Assembly (NCBI GenBank): GCA_973895155.1 | Contig: OZ316893.1 | Location: 17,142,645 to 17,206,644, forward strand | Length of the DNA stretch: 64,000 bases | Reading direction: 5' to 3' | From: Marsupella aquatica | Lineage: Eukaryota > Plantae > Marchantiophyta | Shown here: positions 50,745 to 63,281 of the stretch, in pieces | How the letters are laid out: each line of letters begins with the position of its first letter | How positions within the stretch are numbered: the stretch's first letter is position 1 | Translations under genes and position numbers: made by a program | Notes under the pieces: model-generated | What the model was told of the DNA's origin: nothing | The model's input: only the letters and a program-made list of their open reading frames with translations | Databases searched by the model: none

Positions 50745-53700
50745 TGCAAAGGGTACATAGCCAAGGTGTGCCTATGACAGTTGAAGGTATGGATGGACAA
50801 TTGGGGCAAAGGAATCAGACACATACCAATGAACTGCAACTCCCTTTGCATCACCCACTGAGGATTGCACGTCATGACTCCAAGTTGTGGAATAGAGAGG
50901 TGCTTAGAGCAAGCCGGGGCAGAAATGCCCGGATGAGATGCCCCTGCATGCAATGTCGAGGATACCACTCGATGACCCTAAACCAAGTGCATTCTCATCT
51001 TCAAAGGCATGGAAGACATCCAGTCCGCAGGGTGTGGAATGTGCCAGAGGAAGAGGATTCATCGGATGATGAATGGAGGGCAGATTTTGAAAATGTGAAT
51101 ACAGCAAGACGCTCTGCATTCTTTCATAATGTCACTGGTCATGCAGGCTACAATGCCGAAGATGAGTATGTTCCACAGGGAGGTCCCGAGACTTCTAATG
51201 AGGACGGGGCAGATGTTCCTAGGATGGTTTCGGACATTTTTGAAGACCTGGATGCACTTTATGAAGATGCAGAGGCACAGGGGGACAAAGAGGCAGACAT
51301 GCATGGTGCAGGCCCGTCGGACCAAGAAGAGTTTGACATTGGAGAAGGAGTTGGAGATGATGGTCAATTCTTGGGAGTTGGGGTCTACTTGGAGGAAGCT
51401 ACGTCCCCATTGTATGGTGGTGCAAATTGCTCCAAACTAGGGTTCATAGTGATGTTCCTCAATATATGTGGATGTCACCATGTGCCCAACATATGTGTAA
51501 CAGAGTTGTTGATGTTCCTACAAACTACCCGCTGGAAACATTGCTCCTAAGAACATGTATGAGGCAAAGAAGGTGATGAGCAAACTTGGTTTGAATTATG
51601 TGTCCATCCATGCATGCCCAGATGGCCATGTACTTTTCAGAAAAGAATATGTTGATTGCCTATCCTGCCCTATCTGCGGAAAGCACAGATATAAGAACGT
51701 GGGGAAGTCAACTCAACCTGCTAAGGTCCTACGGCATTTCCCTCTCATTCCAAGATTGCAGCGCCTCTATAGGTGTCCATCCATTTCTAAGATGATGACT
51801 TGGACCTCTGATCACAAGAGTACAGATGGTTTGCAACGTCACGTTGGAGATTCCAACCATTGGAAGTACATAGATGAGAAGTGGCCGAACTTTGTAGCAG
51901 AGAGTAGAAATGTGAGGTTTGGTCTAAGCCTCGATGGTGCTAATCCATTTGGAGACAAGAACAATGTGTATTCTTGCTGGCCAGTGACTTTGATAAATTA
52001 TAATCTCCCGCCTTGCATATCCACCAAGCGTTTTTTTGTGATCTTGTGTCTTATGATTCCCGGCCCAAACTCTGCTATAAGTGCAAACATAGATGTTTGG
52101 TTGGCCCCTGCTGTGGAGGAATGGGTTATTCTATGGACACATGGAGTTATGACAGTTGATGCACTTTGTGGACCTGGTAGACCGAGGACATTCAACCTAC
52201 GTGCAATGTGTGTTAATTCGATAGCAGACTACCCTGGACATAGCATGATATCTGGGCAGGTAGGGAAGGGATATCTGGGTTGCACACGATGTTACATCTG
52301 AACGGTCTGCTTCCTTGGGCAGTATCAAATTCATGGGCCACAGGCGATATCTTCCTGCCGACCACCCTTTCAGGCACAGGCCATCCCACATAGCCCGCTT
52401 CAACAACCAGAGGGAGCTTCGAGAGTCTCCTCTGTTGGTTAGTAGAGATCAACTTCTGCAGTGGGGACTAAACAAGGTGTCTTATGATGAATATGGTGCT
52501 TCCAGAGACGTGCCAGACGACCCAGCAAAGACTCATGGCATCAAAAGGCAGACAATCATGGACACATCATTGGAGTATTGGAAGGTAACATTTGCATATT
52601 CACTTGTACTCAGTGAACCTATTCACAACAGTTTTTAGTTATTGTGTCTGAACCTAATTGTGGCAATCATGCGTACTTCATGGGTGCAGGATTTTGAACC
52701 AAGCAAACATAACATTGATGTAATGCACATTGAGAAGAATGTATGCGAAAGTCTTTTGAAGTTTCTGTCAAGGGATAACGATACTGCAGCAGTACGAAAG
52801 GACCTTCAGGAGAAGGGCATTCGTCCTCAACTTTGGCTGCAAGAATCCCAAAATAGGCCGGGTGTGGTATTCAAGTACCAAGCTCCATATGTTTGCACCC
52901 AGAACGAGTGGAACACAGTTTTGTCTAGGCTGAGTTCGTTCAGAGTACCCTCTGGGTATGCTGGAGCCTTTGCAAAGCATATAAGGAAGAAGAAGTTGGG
53001 AAGCATGAAAACTCATGACTTCCATGTTATGATGCAAGACATTCTACCAGTATGTCTGAGGGGATTGATGCAAAAACCAGTTTGCAATGTCATTTTGAGA
53101 TTGTGTCAGATCTTTTGCCGTATTTGTGTCAAGGTGTGGGACCCTACAACATTTCCTCAATTAAAGGCAGATACTGTGCGTGTGCTTTGTGACTTGGAGA
53201 TCTATTTCCCGCCAACATTTTTTGATGTCATGACTCATTTGATCATCCATGCGGTTGAAGATTTGGGCCACTATGGCCCAGTGAGTACAAGGTGGATGTA
53301 TCCAATGGAACGGTACATGAAGTTGCTAAAAGGCCATGTACGTACTTATTACAGGCCTAAAGCAAGCATGGCTCTCGGTTACATTCAAGAAGAGACCTTG
53401 GGGTTCCTAACAGAATACATGGCTGGTGTAGACAGTGTTACGGGCAGGGTGTGGGATGCTGAGGAAGAAGAGGGGGTGGCTGGAGAGGTTCTTCAAGGCA
53501 CTTTTACTTCCATGCAATTGTCTGCAGAAGTTTGTGATGCAGCACACTTATATGTGTTACACAATACAGTCATGATGCAACCTTGGTGGCAGTGAGTACT
53601 CATGTTTCCGCACCCTCCCTGCATTCCTTCTTTATTCATATCCATTTTGGTAGGATATGTACATTGTATTGAGAAATTGTTCTCATTGTCATCATTGTAT

Positions 53701-54311
53701 GCAGGGAATATAATGTGCAGAAGGCCACCCAATTAGGGTTAAATCACCAGGCATTCCCTACTTTTCCTGAGTGGATCAGGACAACAATTTGAGAGCATAG
53801 CAGGCAAAACCCAAACATGGATAGAGATGTTCTCCTCTTGTCTGTGCCTCCCAGACGTATTGTACAGCGGTATAAACGGATGAAAGCATATGGGAATCAG
53901 TACCGTGTGCATGATGATGAGGACAAGCATTTAGTGACATATAATTCGGGGGTAATATCTGTGTTTGAGCATATAGATGCTCAGAACAATAGGGGCTGCA
54001 TGGAGATGGGATATGTCGGGGAGTTGGCAGACATCTGGGCACTGAATTATGGGAACACAACACAACAAATCATCCTAATGAAAGGTTCATGGGTGAAGCC
54101 AGATTGGCATGGGCCAAGAGCAACCATGAAACGGGATATGGATGGCTTTCTAATGGTCAATTTTAACCAAAGACTGGCAGAATGGATGGAGCCTTTTGTG
54201 TTCCCAAGTCAAGTCGAGCAAGTGTTTTTTTTAGATGTGGAGGAGTCTCGTGGTTGGCATGTAGTCTGCCATAGCTCACCTAGAGTTCGAAGGATGGAGG
54301 TACTAAAATAG
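50745..54311 (+). pseudogene. CACTA TnpD/Tnp2 transposase (transposase-associated, Tnp2, DUF4218- and DUF4216-like parts), with introns and about 2 frameshifts
   Basis: RCPCMQC..HL, IHACPDGH..CPICG, LRHFPLIPRLQRLY, RNVRFGLSLDGANPF, IDVMHIEKNVCES, FPPTFFDVMTHL, WMYPMERYMK, EPFVFPSQVEQVFF. Frameshifts near 51525 and 52300. Confidence 0.93.
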
Positions 54312-54828
54312 AGTTCAGTTTGGATGCACATGGGGCCTTTGAACAGCCGGCAGTAGACGTTGTACATCGGGGCCAGGGGACCAGGGAGTACATCCCCTTG
54401 ACAGTGAGACAGACTTATGAGGGAGAGGTTGAAGCTGAGATGGACGAAGATGATGAGTAGATGGATCTGTTTTGTTGTGAGTAGGTGACTCTTTGAAGTG
54501 CAATGAGTAGCAAATATGAGCAATAAATGGATGACTTGTTTGTGCAACCGTAGCAACTTGGTGAGTAGGATGCCAGACAAAAATGGCATGTGTGAGTATG
54601 AGAAGCAGGCTGTCAAACACCGAGCATGGGTTCAGCAATGTGCCGCAGCCCTATTGGGTGATGTGCAAGAGGCTATTTTGGATATGTAAGGGAACTGTGC
54701 ATAGTATGAGCTATATGCGTATGTCCTTGTGTGCGTCTATTCATTGTGTAGCTTCTGTAATGGACTACTACATTCATAACCCGTGTCAAATTTCATGTGG
54801 GTGTTGCAGTAACAAAATTATCCCAACA

Positions 54829-57739
54829 ATGTCGAAGCGGAGTCATTGTAGACGGAAGACCTTTTGTAATCCTGACGGACCTAGGCGACGCAGTGAGAGG
54901 TTGACTTCAAAGACCCCTATTTCAATGGTTGAATCTCCTGATAAGAATGAGGTAGAGGATTGCATACCTAATGGTGGTGATACAGAATATGATCCTGACC
55001 AAGATCCGAATGCAAGTGCTAGCATGTCATCGGATGATGACATGCCAAATCCTACCCCTCCACCAAAGCCTGCTTGCAGTAAGGCAACTGGGGGAACTTC
55101 TATGAGATCTCGACCAACGCCCTCTGTATACTCAGCCCAAGCCCCGAGCAACAACAATTGCAATAACCCGCAATTTAATGCCCCCAACTCTAACTGGCCG
55201 CAAGCACGACAGGGGGGCAATAACTATGGCGGGTCTATGGGTGTAGGCCCTTCTGCTAGCTATATGGGTCCTAGTTGGCCAAGTAAGTGTGAACATTTGA
55301 ATTTGTTTCATGAATGTGGACAAGTGTATTTTGAGCTGCAATTGGCTGCTTGTGTTCCTCAATAGATGTGGGTCTGAGTATGACAATTTTCCTGGTCTGA
55401 TGTGAGTGGCAGACCCAATGTGGGACCGTATGCAGCCCACAAATATGTATGAAGGAGGGTCAATGGGGCCATCGGGGCAATTCATGGGAGGTCCTCATCC
55501 AATGGGGACAGGATGACAAGGTTATGGTGGGTATGGTGGGAACCCAGCACCAGCACTAGCACCAGCACCTTCAATCCAACCGACAAAGACTCTGCGGAGG
55601 GGAGGAGGTATTTTCTACAGCAGTTGTAAGTAAAGTATTTAAATCAGGTAATTCACAGAGACCATATGATATTAATGGTGTTAATTGCGTTTCTCTTTTC
55701 AGATAACCCTATCACACCCCGCGCAAGCCATGGGGGAGGAACTCCTGGATTTGCAACACCAAGTAGTGCGTCAGGGAGCACTGGGAGAGGTGAGAATGTG
55801 AAGCTGGGTACTGTCGAAGTTGATGATGAAGGCCGGATCACAACGATGAGTGCTGGAAAGAATAGATGGCACAATGACCTGCGAATGGAGTGTCTACGAT
55901 GGTTGGACATTAGCTGTACTAACTTTAATTGTCAACATCCATCTGATTGGGAACTGGTTTGCAAATATATGCGAGACAAATGGGAATATTTGGGGAATTC
56001 TGGGAAAGGGGTCAGTGCTGATTGTCTTGCAGAATATGGACGAACTATCATGAAAATAGAGAGGCATCGATTGCACAAAGCATGGATTGCTGATGGCAGT
56101 AAAGCACATGCTGAAGCACCCCCAAGTGGTCATGTAGAACAATGGGCTCGACTAAGAGGGACATTCCTGTCTAGGGCAGGACAGGAGAAGTCTGCACAAA
56201 TGATTGCTGCTAGAAATGCAGTGAAGAACCCTACGCTTACAGGGAGGGGAGGACATGCACCAGTAGTAGCCAAATTGGTTGGGTTCCCATGCCATACAAA
56301 TCTGTATTTACATTTCAATATTGGGGTTGACTGTATGTAGTTGTAGCAGCATGGTACATTTAGGCAAGATTGACATTGAGAAACGTGTCTTGCAATGTTT
56401 ATGTGCTCCAGAAAAAGCTTACTGGAGAGAAACCCACAAAAGAGGAGGTTGTGGCAGAAATCAAAAGGGTAAAGTGTGATGAAGGCAACGTTGGATCTAA
56501 ACAGGTAATTTAGGAGCATTATTGATGGACAATCTGTTGTACAGTCTTTCTTTAGATGCACAGTACTGTCAGCCCTTATGCAATTGTAAAATTGCTGAGA
56601 AGAGCCGTTTGGTTGGTGTATGTCATATATAGCAGGGAGCAGTGTCTACCCTTACAGAGATATCAGACCGGTTGAAGACTGTGGAGAATGCTTGGCCATC
56701 AGTCGAGACTGGGATGAAGAGTCAATTCAAGGACATAGCCAGTCTTCTTCAAAGCCAAGGATCAACCTTAAGGGAAGTACAAGCTGAATTACGTGAGTTG
56801 CGGGCGATGCACATTGTTGGCAGGGTTGAGCACCCAATTGCACATCCATTACATGAGCCTGCAAATATTGAGGAAGTTGTGCCTACAAAGAAGAGTGGTA
56901 TGTGTCATCTGAAATCATGTTTAGTGTAGTGTGACTTTACCTGGGAATTTGAGGTTCATGGGTGCAGGATGGTTCAGGTTCAGGTTCTAGACCCTCAAGG
57001 TTTGTTACATTGTGCATCAGGTGATCAAATTGCAGTGACTGCAGCAGATCCAAAGATCATCGAACCTGGTACAACTGTCATTGACAGTAAGTAAATGTTG
57101 GTTTGAATCCTCTGTCTGGCCTATTAATGTGGTTGAGTATCTATGCGATGTACGTTCAATTAGTGCAAACTTGATGGTTTGTTGAGAGCTTTAGTGCAAA
57201 TATGCTTAGTTGTTGATGAAGGAATTTGTGGCTGCTCTTGAGGTACAGAGCCAGCACAGGAGGAGGTGCGCATGCCAAATCTAGCAGGCAGGAAGAGGAG
57301 ATGCAACTTAGAGGCTACCAAATTTTCAGATTCACAAGAGAAGCAGAGTGATGAGAATGATGTGGTTTTCATAGACTCTCAGCCTCCCTCAGGTATTGGA
57401 GATGAGTTTTCTCAATCCCCACCACTGGTGAACATGGGAAAGATGAGGACCAGAAACAGTGGGAAGGAGACTTCGCCTTACAAGGCACCAAAGAAGAAGA
57501 GGAATATTAATTCTCCAAAAGGGACAGCAGTGAGCATTGTAGTACAGTCTTCTAGGCTAATGGCAACTGATAATTCTGGTGTTTGTGTTGGGACCGGCAT
57601 ACTTCAAATTGAAGCAAGTACTTTCCATGGAAAGAAGGTATTTGCTGATCATGTTGTGTTGTTACTGACTGCTTTTAGGGAAATAGCAGTCAGTACTGCT
57701 GTTGCCATTGTTAGTTGGATTGGTGCTTTTGTGGCATGA
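54829..57739 (+). CDS. Putative multi-exon CACTA ORF2 (TnpA/Ptta-like) protein; exon structure uncertain
   Basis: Position downstream of TnpD; low-complexity N-terminus, RHRLHKAW...EQWARL...KSAQMIAARNAV..P..GRGG, short coiled coil and multiple GT-AG sites. Confidence 0.6.
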
Positions 57740-58263
57740 ATGACTCAGTCTCGAATATGAATGACATCATTGTCTACGGAAACTAGTGCGGTCAAATCAG
57801 TGTTACCAATCACTCATGGAAAACCCTATATGACTCGAACTAAGTCAGTATGAGTCACTTATGTTTGACTGATGTATAGATCTAAATACTTGACCCTCTA
57901 GTCACTAAAAAGACTATTGACACTAGTCAATAATATGACTAAGTCAATCAAAGTCACCACTTTTACGACTACTAGTTGCAAGAATGACGTCAGTGATCTA
58001 ATGTCATAGATGACCGGTTTTAGTCATAGTCAGTCGTATTTTATGGTCAAAAATAGGGGGTATTTCTACTAGTGTCGGTTCCGTGGGCTTTAGCTTCGAA
58101 GCTTGCGGAACTGCTTAAGGAGAAGCTGAGTGCTAGGATTCTCGAGAGGTCTGATGCTCCCTACTCGAACAGATGGTTTACAGTGAGAAAGAAGAATGGA
58201 AGCTTGAGGTTCATTCAGGATATGCAACCTCCAAACAAGGTGACCATCAGGAATGTGGGAGTT

Positions 58264-59410
58264 CACTAGTACATATTAAGTTGATTTCCGATGCTCAATT
58301 TTTGCGAACAATCGGTGTCCGATTCTTTTAGCATCGGAAATTCCGATTATCACAAAATGGCAATATGCCATACTCTCGGCTTTGGATATCTTCATTTCCG
58401 ATATAATTGACAACGAAACCTTTCCGATGCGTTAAAAAATGGATCATATCCGTTAGAAAACACATCGGATCCCTCAACAAAAACTTTGATTGATATGTCC
58501 GATGTTTTTTGTAACAAAAATGATGTGCGTTACAATATTGATCGGAAAAGTTCCGTAGTTAATAAGAACGGATATTATATCCGATTGTGCTAACATGGGA
58601 AAGTCCGATGCTGGGAGAATGGGAAAGTCCGATGCTGGGAGTATGGGAAAGTCCGATGCTAGAAGAATGGGAAAGTCCGATGCTAGAAGAATGGGAAAGT
58701 CCGATGCTGGGAGCATGGGAAAGTCTGGTTGTGGCAAAAAGACAAATTTTGATTGTGTTAGAATGAAAAGTTTTGATGTGTTAGATGGGGTATGTGGTTG
58801 CACCGACATACTCTTCCCAAAAGATGCAATCATTCTTGCATGCATGAATAACTTTATACTTGAGGCAAATGGACTTGAGTGTTGTTTTTGCCTCCTTCCA
58901 AGACCCAACATATTGTTCCCTTAAGGAAATATGTGCTCAACATGCAGCCAAGTCCAAAATATATCATCTAGAAGGAGATTGCTTCTCCCATGTAGTCTTT
59001 GTTGCAAGTCCAACAACAACATAGTTGATAAAAGATGAGACAATCAGGAGCCATTGATGCTAAGGCTTTGGAAGGACCAAAATATCATCAATAACTAATA
59101 AGCCATAATATTATCCCATATAAAATCTAATGAAGGAAGGCTTTACTATCGACGAATGACCCCTGCCAAATTTCTATTGGTTTCTCCTAGGGGAATGTAA
59201 CAGGGTAACTAGAATAGGTCACTTGATGCAAAGATCTAATCTCATGATAGAGAAAAATGGATCAAGAATGGGTCCAAATTATGGGTCTTAGTAAATTCAC
59301 AAGTGTATAAAATCCCCAAACACTCTAAGTCAAACAACAAAAGTGCTAAGCTTGCATGTACAATGTAAGGAATAAGAACCACAAAGTTAAGCTCATGTTG
59401 GAGGAATAGC
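58264..59410. mobile_element. Second CACTA, one end only (truncated by deletion)
   Basis: RT frame is broken by CACTAGTACA; dense TCCGAT/ATCGGA subterminal motifs; no closing TAGTG end; pol resumes at RNase H with most of RT missing. Confidence 0.75.
58595..58730. repeat. 24-bp tandem repeat, about 5.5 copies (ATGGGAAAGTCCGATGCTRGRAGH)
   Basis: Directly visible; each unit contains the TCCGAT subterminal motif. Confidence 0.9.
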
Positions 59411-61167
59411 AATTGGGAGCCGGGTGGGCTGTTGGGCAAGATGACGAGAATGGGGAAAGGTATGCAATCAGATTTGGGGAAAAAAAAATTACAAAAAGGC
59501 AAAGGAGATATGCCCAAGTTAAGAGGGAGCTTTGGGGTGCCAAAGTGGCACTCCATCAGGAGAGTCTAAACTATTTGATTGGGGCGCCGGTGGTGGTTGA
59601 GACTGATTGCCAATCGCTGTTGGGGATGATTGTGAATTGTGACATGCCTGACATAGCGATGCTTAGGTGGATCGCTTTCATTCGGATGTTCAACTCTGAG
59701 CTAAGTCACATTGCAGGAAAGGATAATCCGATCGCTGACATGTTGTCAAGGGCGAGATTCGGAAATGAGGTAGCAACGAGAGTTGGCGAGGTGACCAGAA
59801 CCAAAAGTGTTGGAAGTCTAGAGTTCAAGGAAGAACTCTACTCAGGAGAGTTGCTGGATATTGGGCGTTACATTAGCACTTTGGAGAAGCAACCAGAGTG
59901 GAGTTACCAGGAGTTTGTCAAGATCCGGAAGAGAACTTACAAGTTCCTATTGAGGGAGGGCTACTTGTGGCGAAGGCATAAGGACCCAAGTCAGTTGTTG
60001 CAGAGGGTTGTGGATACTAAGGATGAGAAAGACCGAATTCTCAAAGAGTGCCATGATGCTGACATGGCTGGGCACAAAGGGGTGCATTCGACTTACAAGA
60101 GGGTTCAGAAGCTTTACTGGTGGCCAGGTTTATACTTGGCCGTTCGAGACTATGTCGAGACTTGCGAGATTTTCCAGTTTTACTCAAGGATCCGACATAG
60201 GGATGGATTGGTTCCGACTTACCCCGTGGCTCTACACTTTCAATGGGCTGTTGATGTGGTGTACATGCCGAGAGAGAGCAATGGGGCGAGATACTTGGTT
60301 TTGGCGAGAGAAGACTTGTCTTCTTATGTGGAAGGGAGAGCGTTGGTTTCAAACACTACTGCTGCCGTTTGCTAGTTCATACTTGAGGATATCATTGCAA
60401 GGCATTGGTGCTTTACAAGGATCAGAGCTAATAGGGGGGAGCTCAGCTCCAAGGAAGCGCAAGAGTTTTTTGACCAATACCGCATCAAACTGAAGCTGAC
60501 TTCGAGTTACAATCCGGAAGGCAATGGAAAATCTGAAAGGGGGCACATCCAGATTGTGAGCGCTTTGGCTAAGGCTTGTGATGGGGACTTGGGTAGGTGG
60601 TTGAGTCTCCTTCCACTTGCTCTGTTAGCGGATCGGATGACTTGTAGCTCAGTGACCGGATACGTTCCGGCGGAGCTACTTATTGGGCACTTGCCGATGA
60701 TGCCACTCGAGGAAGATGTTTGCAGCTGGCGACTGATTGGATGGAAAGATGAAGTTTTGAGAGAGGAGTTGCTGGCTTGAAGGATTGAACACTTCAACTT
60801 GTTACCCGCGAAGATTGAGGTGGCTTGGAAGCAATTGAAGATGGCGAGGTTAAGGAACAAGGGCAGGTTCGACAGGACTCATTGGTTGAGGCCTGTCTTG
60901 GTTAAGGAAGGGGATTGGGTTCTGGTTTACAAAAGTAAGTTGTACGAGCAACACTTGAGCCGAAACAAGTTTGCTCGAAGGTGGCAAGGTCCGTATGTGG
61001 TGGTTGCTGTTCATGCAAATACAACCTACACTATTCGGGAGTTGGATGGAACAGTTCACCAAGTACCTTACGCAGGGAAAAGGGTGAAGATCTTCAAGAG
61101 GAGGACCAAGAAGGGAATGGACTCAAGTTCCAACTTGAGTGAATTTGAAGATGAGGCACTGGTCTAG
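59411..61167 (+). pseudogene. Element E RNase H and integrase (in-frame stops)
   Basis: YAQVKRELWG, VVETDC, HIAGKDNPIADMLSR, CHD..GHKG, LAREDLSSYVEGRAL, GDWVLV..KFARRWQGPY. Confidence 0.92.
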
Positions 61168-61398
61168 GCGCATCTGTTGGACTTGAGTTTTGAAAGTGGC
61201 TTGACTGGTTCTGATTTGGATGAGTTGGACTTTGAGTTTCTGGAAAGTGGAGTGCCTAAGGCCGAGTCTGAAGGCTTTGGGTTTGAGTTTCTTGAGGAGG
61301 AAGTGGTCCAGGCGCATGGCTCAAGTTCGGACTCAGACTTAGAGGAAATCTGATGGATTGGAGCAGACCGGAGGCTGCTCAGGTTTACTGGGGGAGGA

Positions 61399-62248
61399 TG
61401 TCATGCCGAAAGATTTCAGCTCAGGAATGGCTTTTATAGGGGATGATGGGCGAGGCCTCCCGGTTGGGTTGCTTGCATGTTGACTCGGAGGGGCTGCTTG
61501 GTTGGATGGATTGAGGTTTGGTGATTGGGTGACTCATCGTCACTAGGTTTGGTGTTTGGGTGAGTCACCAGGCTTGGAGTTTGGATGAGCCTCACTGATG
61601 GCAGTTGGCCCAAACTGGATGGTTGGGTTTCCGATGCTACTTAAGACTTGAGCCTCGGCTCATTGAGGTTGGCGATTGTCTATTGAGATCTGTTGAGTTG
61701 CGTTCTGTGAGTTCCGCTCTGTTCTGCGGAACTCGACTGTTGTGCGGCGGTTTTGGAGTTCTGGGCAAGTGTTGGATCCAGGTGTGGAGTTTTTTTATCT
61801 AGGCGGGGATTTCTCAAGTTTGGAGTCTCGTCGATCCAGGCGGGGATTTCTCAAGTTTGGTGCCTCGTCGATCCAGACGGGGATTTCTTGAGTTTGGAGC
61901 CTCGTTGGTCCAGGCCCGAGTTCCGTGTGAGCTGTTTTAGACTAGTGGAGTAGCTAGTCAAGTTTTGGTTTTGTGAGCTAAGGAGGATAGTTTTTCCGTC
62001 AGATTTTGAGTAGTTAGTCACTCGAGGAGTTCTACTCGATAAGTTAGAGGTAGCGGCCCGCCGTAGGGCCAGCTACTAGACTCTTGCGGGCAAGCTTACT
62101 CGAGGGCACCTATTGTAACCTTTGTGAGAAAAGTAAAAAAATATAAAGGAGTGAGAGTTTGCTCTGAAAAGTGCTTGTCGCCTATCCCAATCGCAACCAG
62201 AAACGTGCAGTTTGCCCGAGGAGCCCCTAACTTTAAGTCCTTGCAACA
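61399..62248 (+). repeat. 3' LTR of element E
   Basis: Direct repeat of 39631-40479, preceded by the PPT and followed by TSD ACGG. Confidence 0.93.
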
Positions 62249-62252
62249 ACGG

Positions 62253-63281
62253 ATGCAACAAAGCAAGAGAATGAGTCTCTCCTAGATCAAGTCCAACTAC
62301 TCAAGCAGGACATCGACCGTCTGAGGATGAGGACGGTCGCTCCAAGTCCCACTCAGGAGGGTCCGGCAAGCGTGCCAGACATTAGCAGTGGCCGGCAGGG
62401 CAGGTTTAGAATAGAGTTAGGATTAGACAGGGAGGACGGACACTCAGACAAGCGCCAAAACTAGTTAGTGGCGCTTTCCTCTTCGACCAACCTCACTTAG
62501 CGTAGGATCTTAGAATAAGACACCATTTTTTGGCCAAACAGTTAGAGGAATTTAGGTTAGATTAGATTTGGGCGTTGTGGCCATTCTTGGCCGCGGCCTT
62601 TAGTTAGTATTTAGTGCACCCCCCGGTAGAGGCAGGGGGATTTTAGGTTCAGAACCAAGTGTCCGCATGATGTGCGGGGAGTCCTGACCTTCATGAATAG
62701 AGAGCACCAAGGGGTGAGTGTATGACTAAGCTTGTCGGGCAAGTGTGGAGCCGGGCTCCATTGCAGTGTGCATCTCGCTGCCATTGGGCCTGCTAACTTA
62801 GAAGAAGTTGAGTCATCTGTATGTATGTGAATATTTAACAGATTCTGAAGTAAAGTCTTCTCCCCATTATTTCCTTTGTGTAAATTGGGATTGTATGTTG
62901 TGACTTCTAGTCGTAGTTGTCAATCTTGTATATGGGTAGAACATGCTTGGCCGAATGCATTATGCAAGCTATGCATGGAGTGTTGGCTGCAAATAGTGGT
63001 TGCGAGCCCAAGTTGAACACCCGTATCATTGGATCCGGATTGGAGGCGAACAACATGAAGGCTTAGAAGTCCTTAAGCCGGGGTTGATTGAGCTATTGAC
63101 TTAAGGTACATTCCGGCGATGGAACACAAAATATACCTATGATATGTGTAAGTGTAGTATCGGGCGTGCTTAGCACCGGGTTTGTTTGCACATCCCTCCT
63201 TGCCCGAATCCTCAATACTAACAAAGTTTATGCCAGTCTAAGCCAAAATCCGTGTAAGAATGGATCTTTTGGTGTGACACA
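62253..63281 (+). mobile_element. 3' part of a C-family gene-bearing LTR (ORF end plus ~900 bp non-coding, probably ending GACACA)
   Basis: ORF end and first downstream bases resemble the reverse complement of 21740-21930. Shares the motifs CATTCCGGCG and ATGCC..CTAAGCC with the A/B LTR end. Right boundary is inferred. Confidence 0.55.

Larger units (their letters stand above)
45644..58074 (+). mobile_element. Complete CACTA (En/Spm) DNA transposon, 12.4 kb, with cargo genes
   Basis: TIRs CACTAGTAGAAATACCCCCTATTTTT at both ends; 3-bp TSD TCG; TGAC/GTCA-rich subterminal motifs; its removal restores the pol frame (DLKPIS|VPWALAS). Confidence 0.95.
39631..62248 (+). mobile_element. Element E: Ty3/Gypsy LTR retrotransposon with both LTRs, fungal-type pol motifs and three nested insertions
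   Basis: LTRs at 39631-40479 and 61399-62248 (TGTC...ACA); 4-bp TSD ACGG; PBS TGGCGACCATATTGGGGA (40481-40498); PPT GGGGGAGGA before 61399; gag, PR, partial RT, RNase H and integrase in Gypsy order. Confidence 0.93.

Noticed and set aside
58595-58730. CRISPR-like or repeat-protein reading of the 24-bp array (MGKSDAGR ORF)
   Set aside because: Head-to-tail repeats with no unique spacers in eukaryotic DNA; explained as CACTA subterminal repeats.
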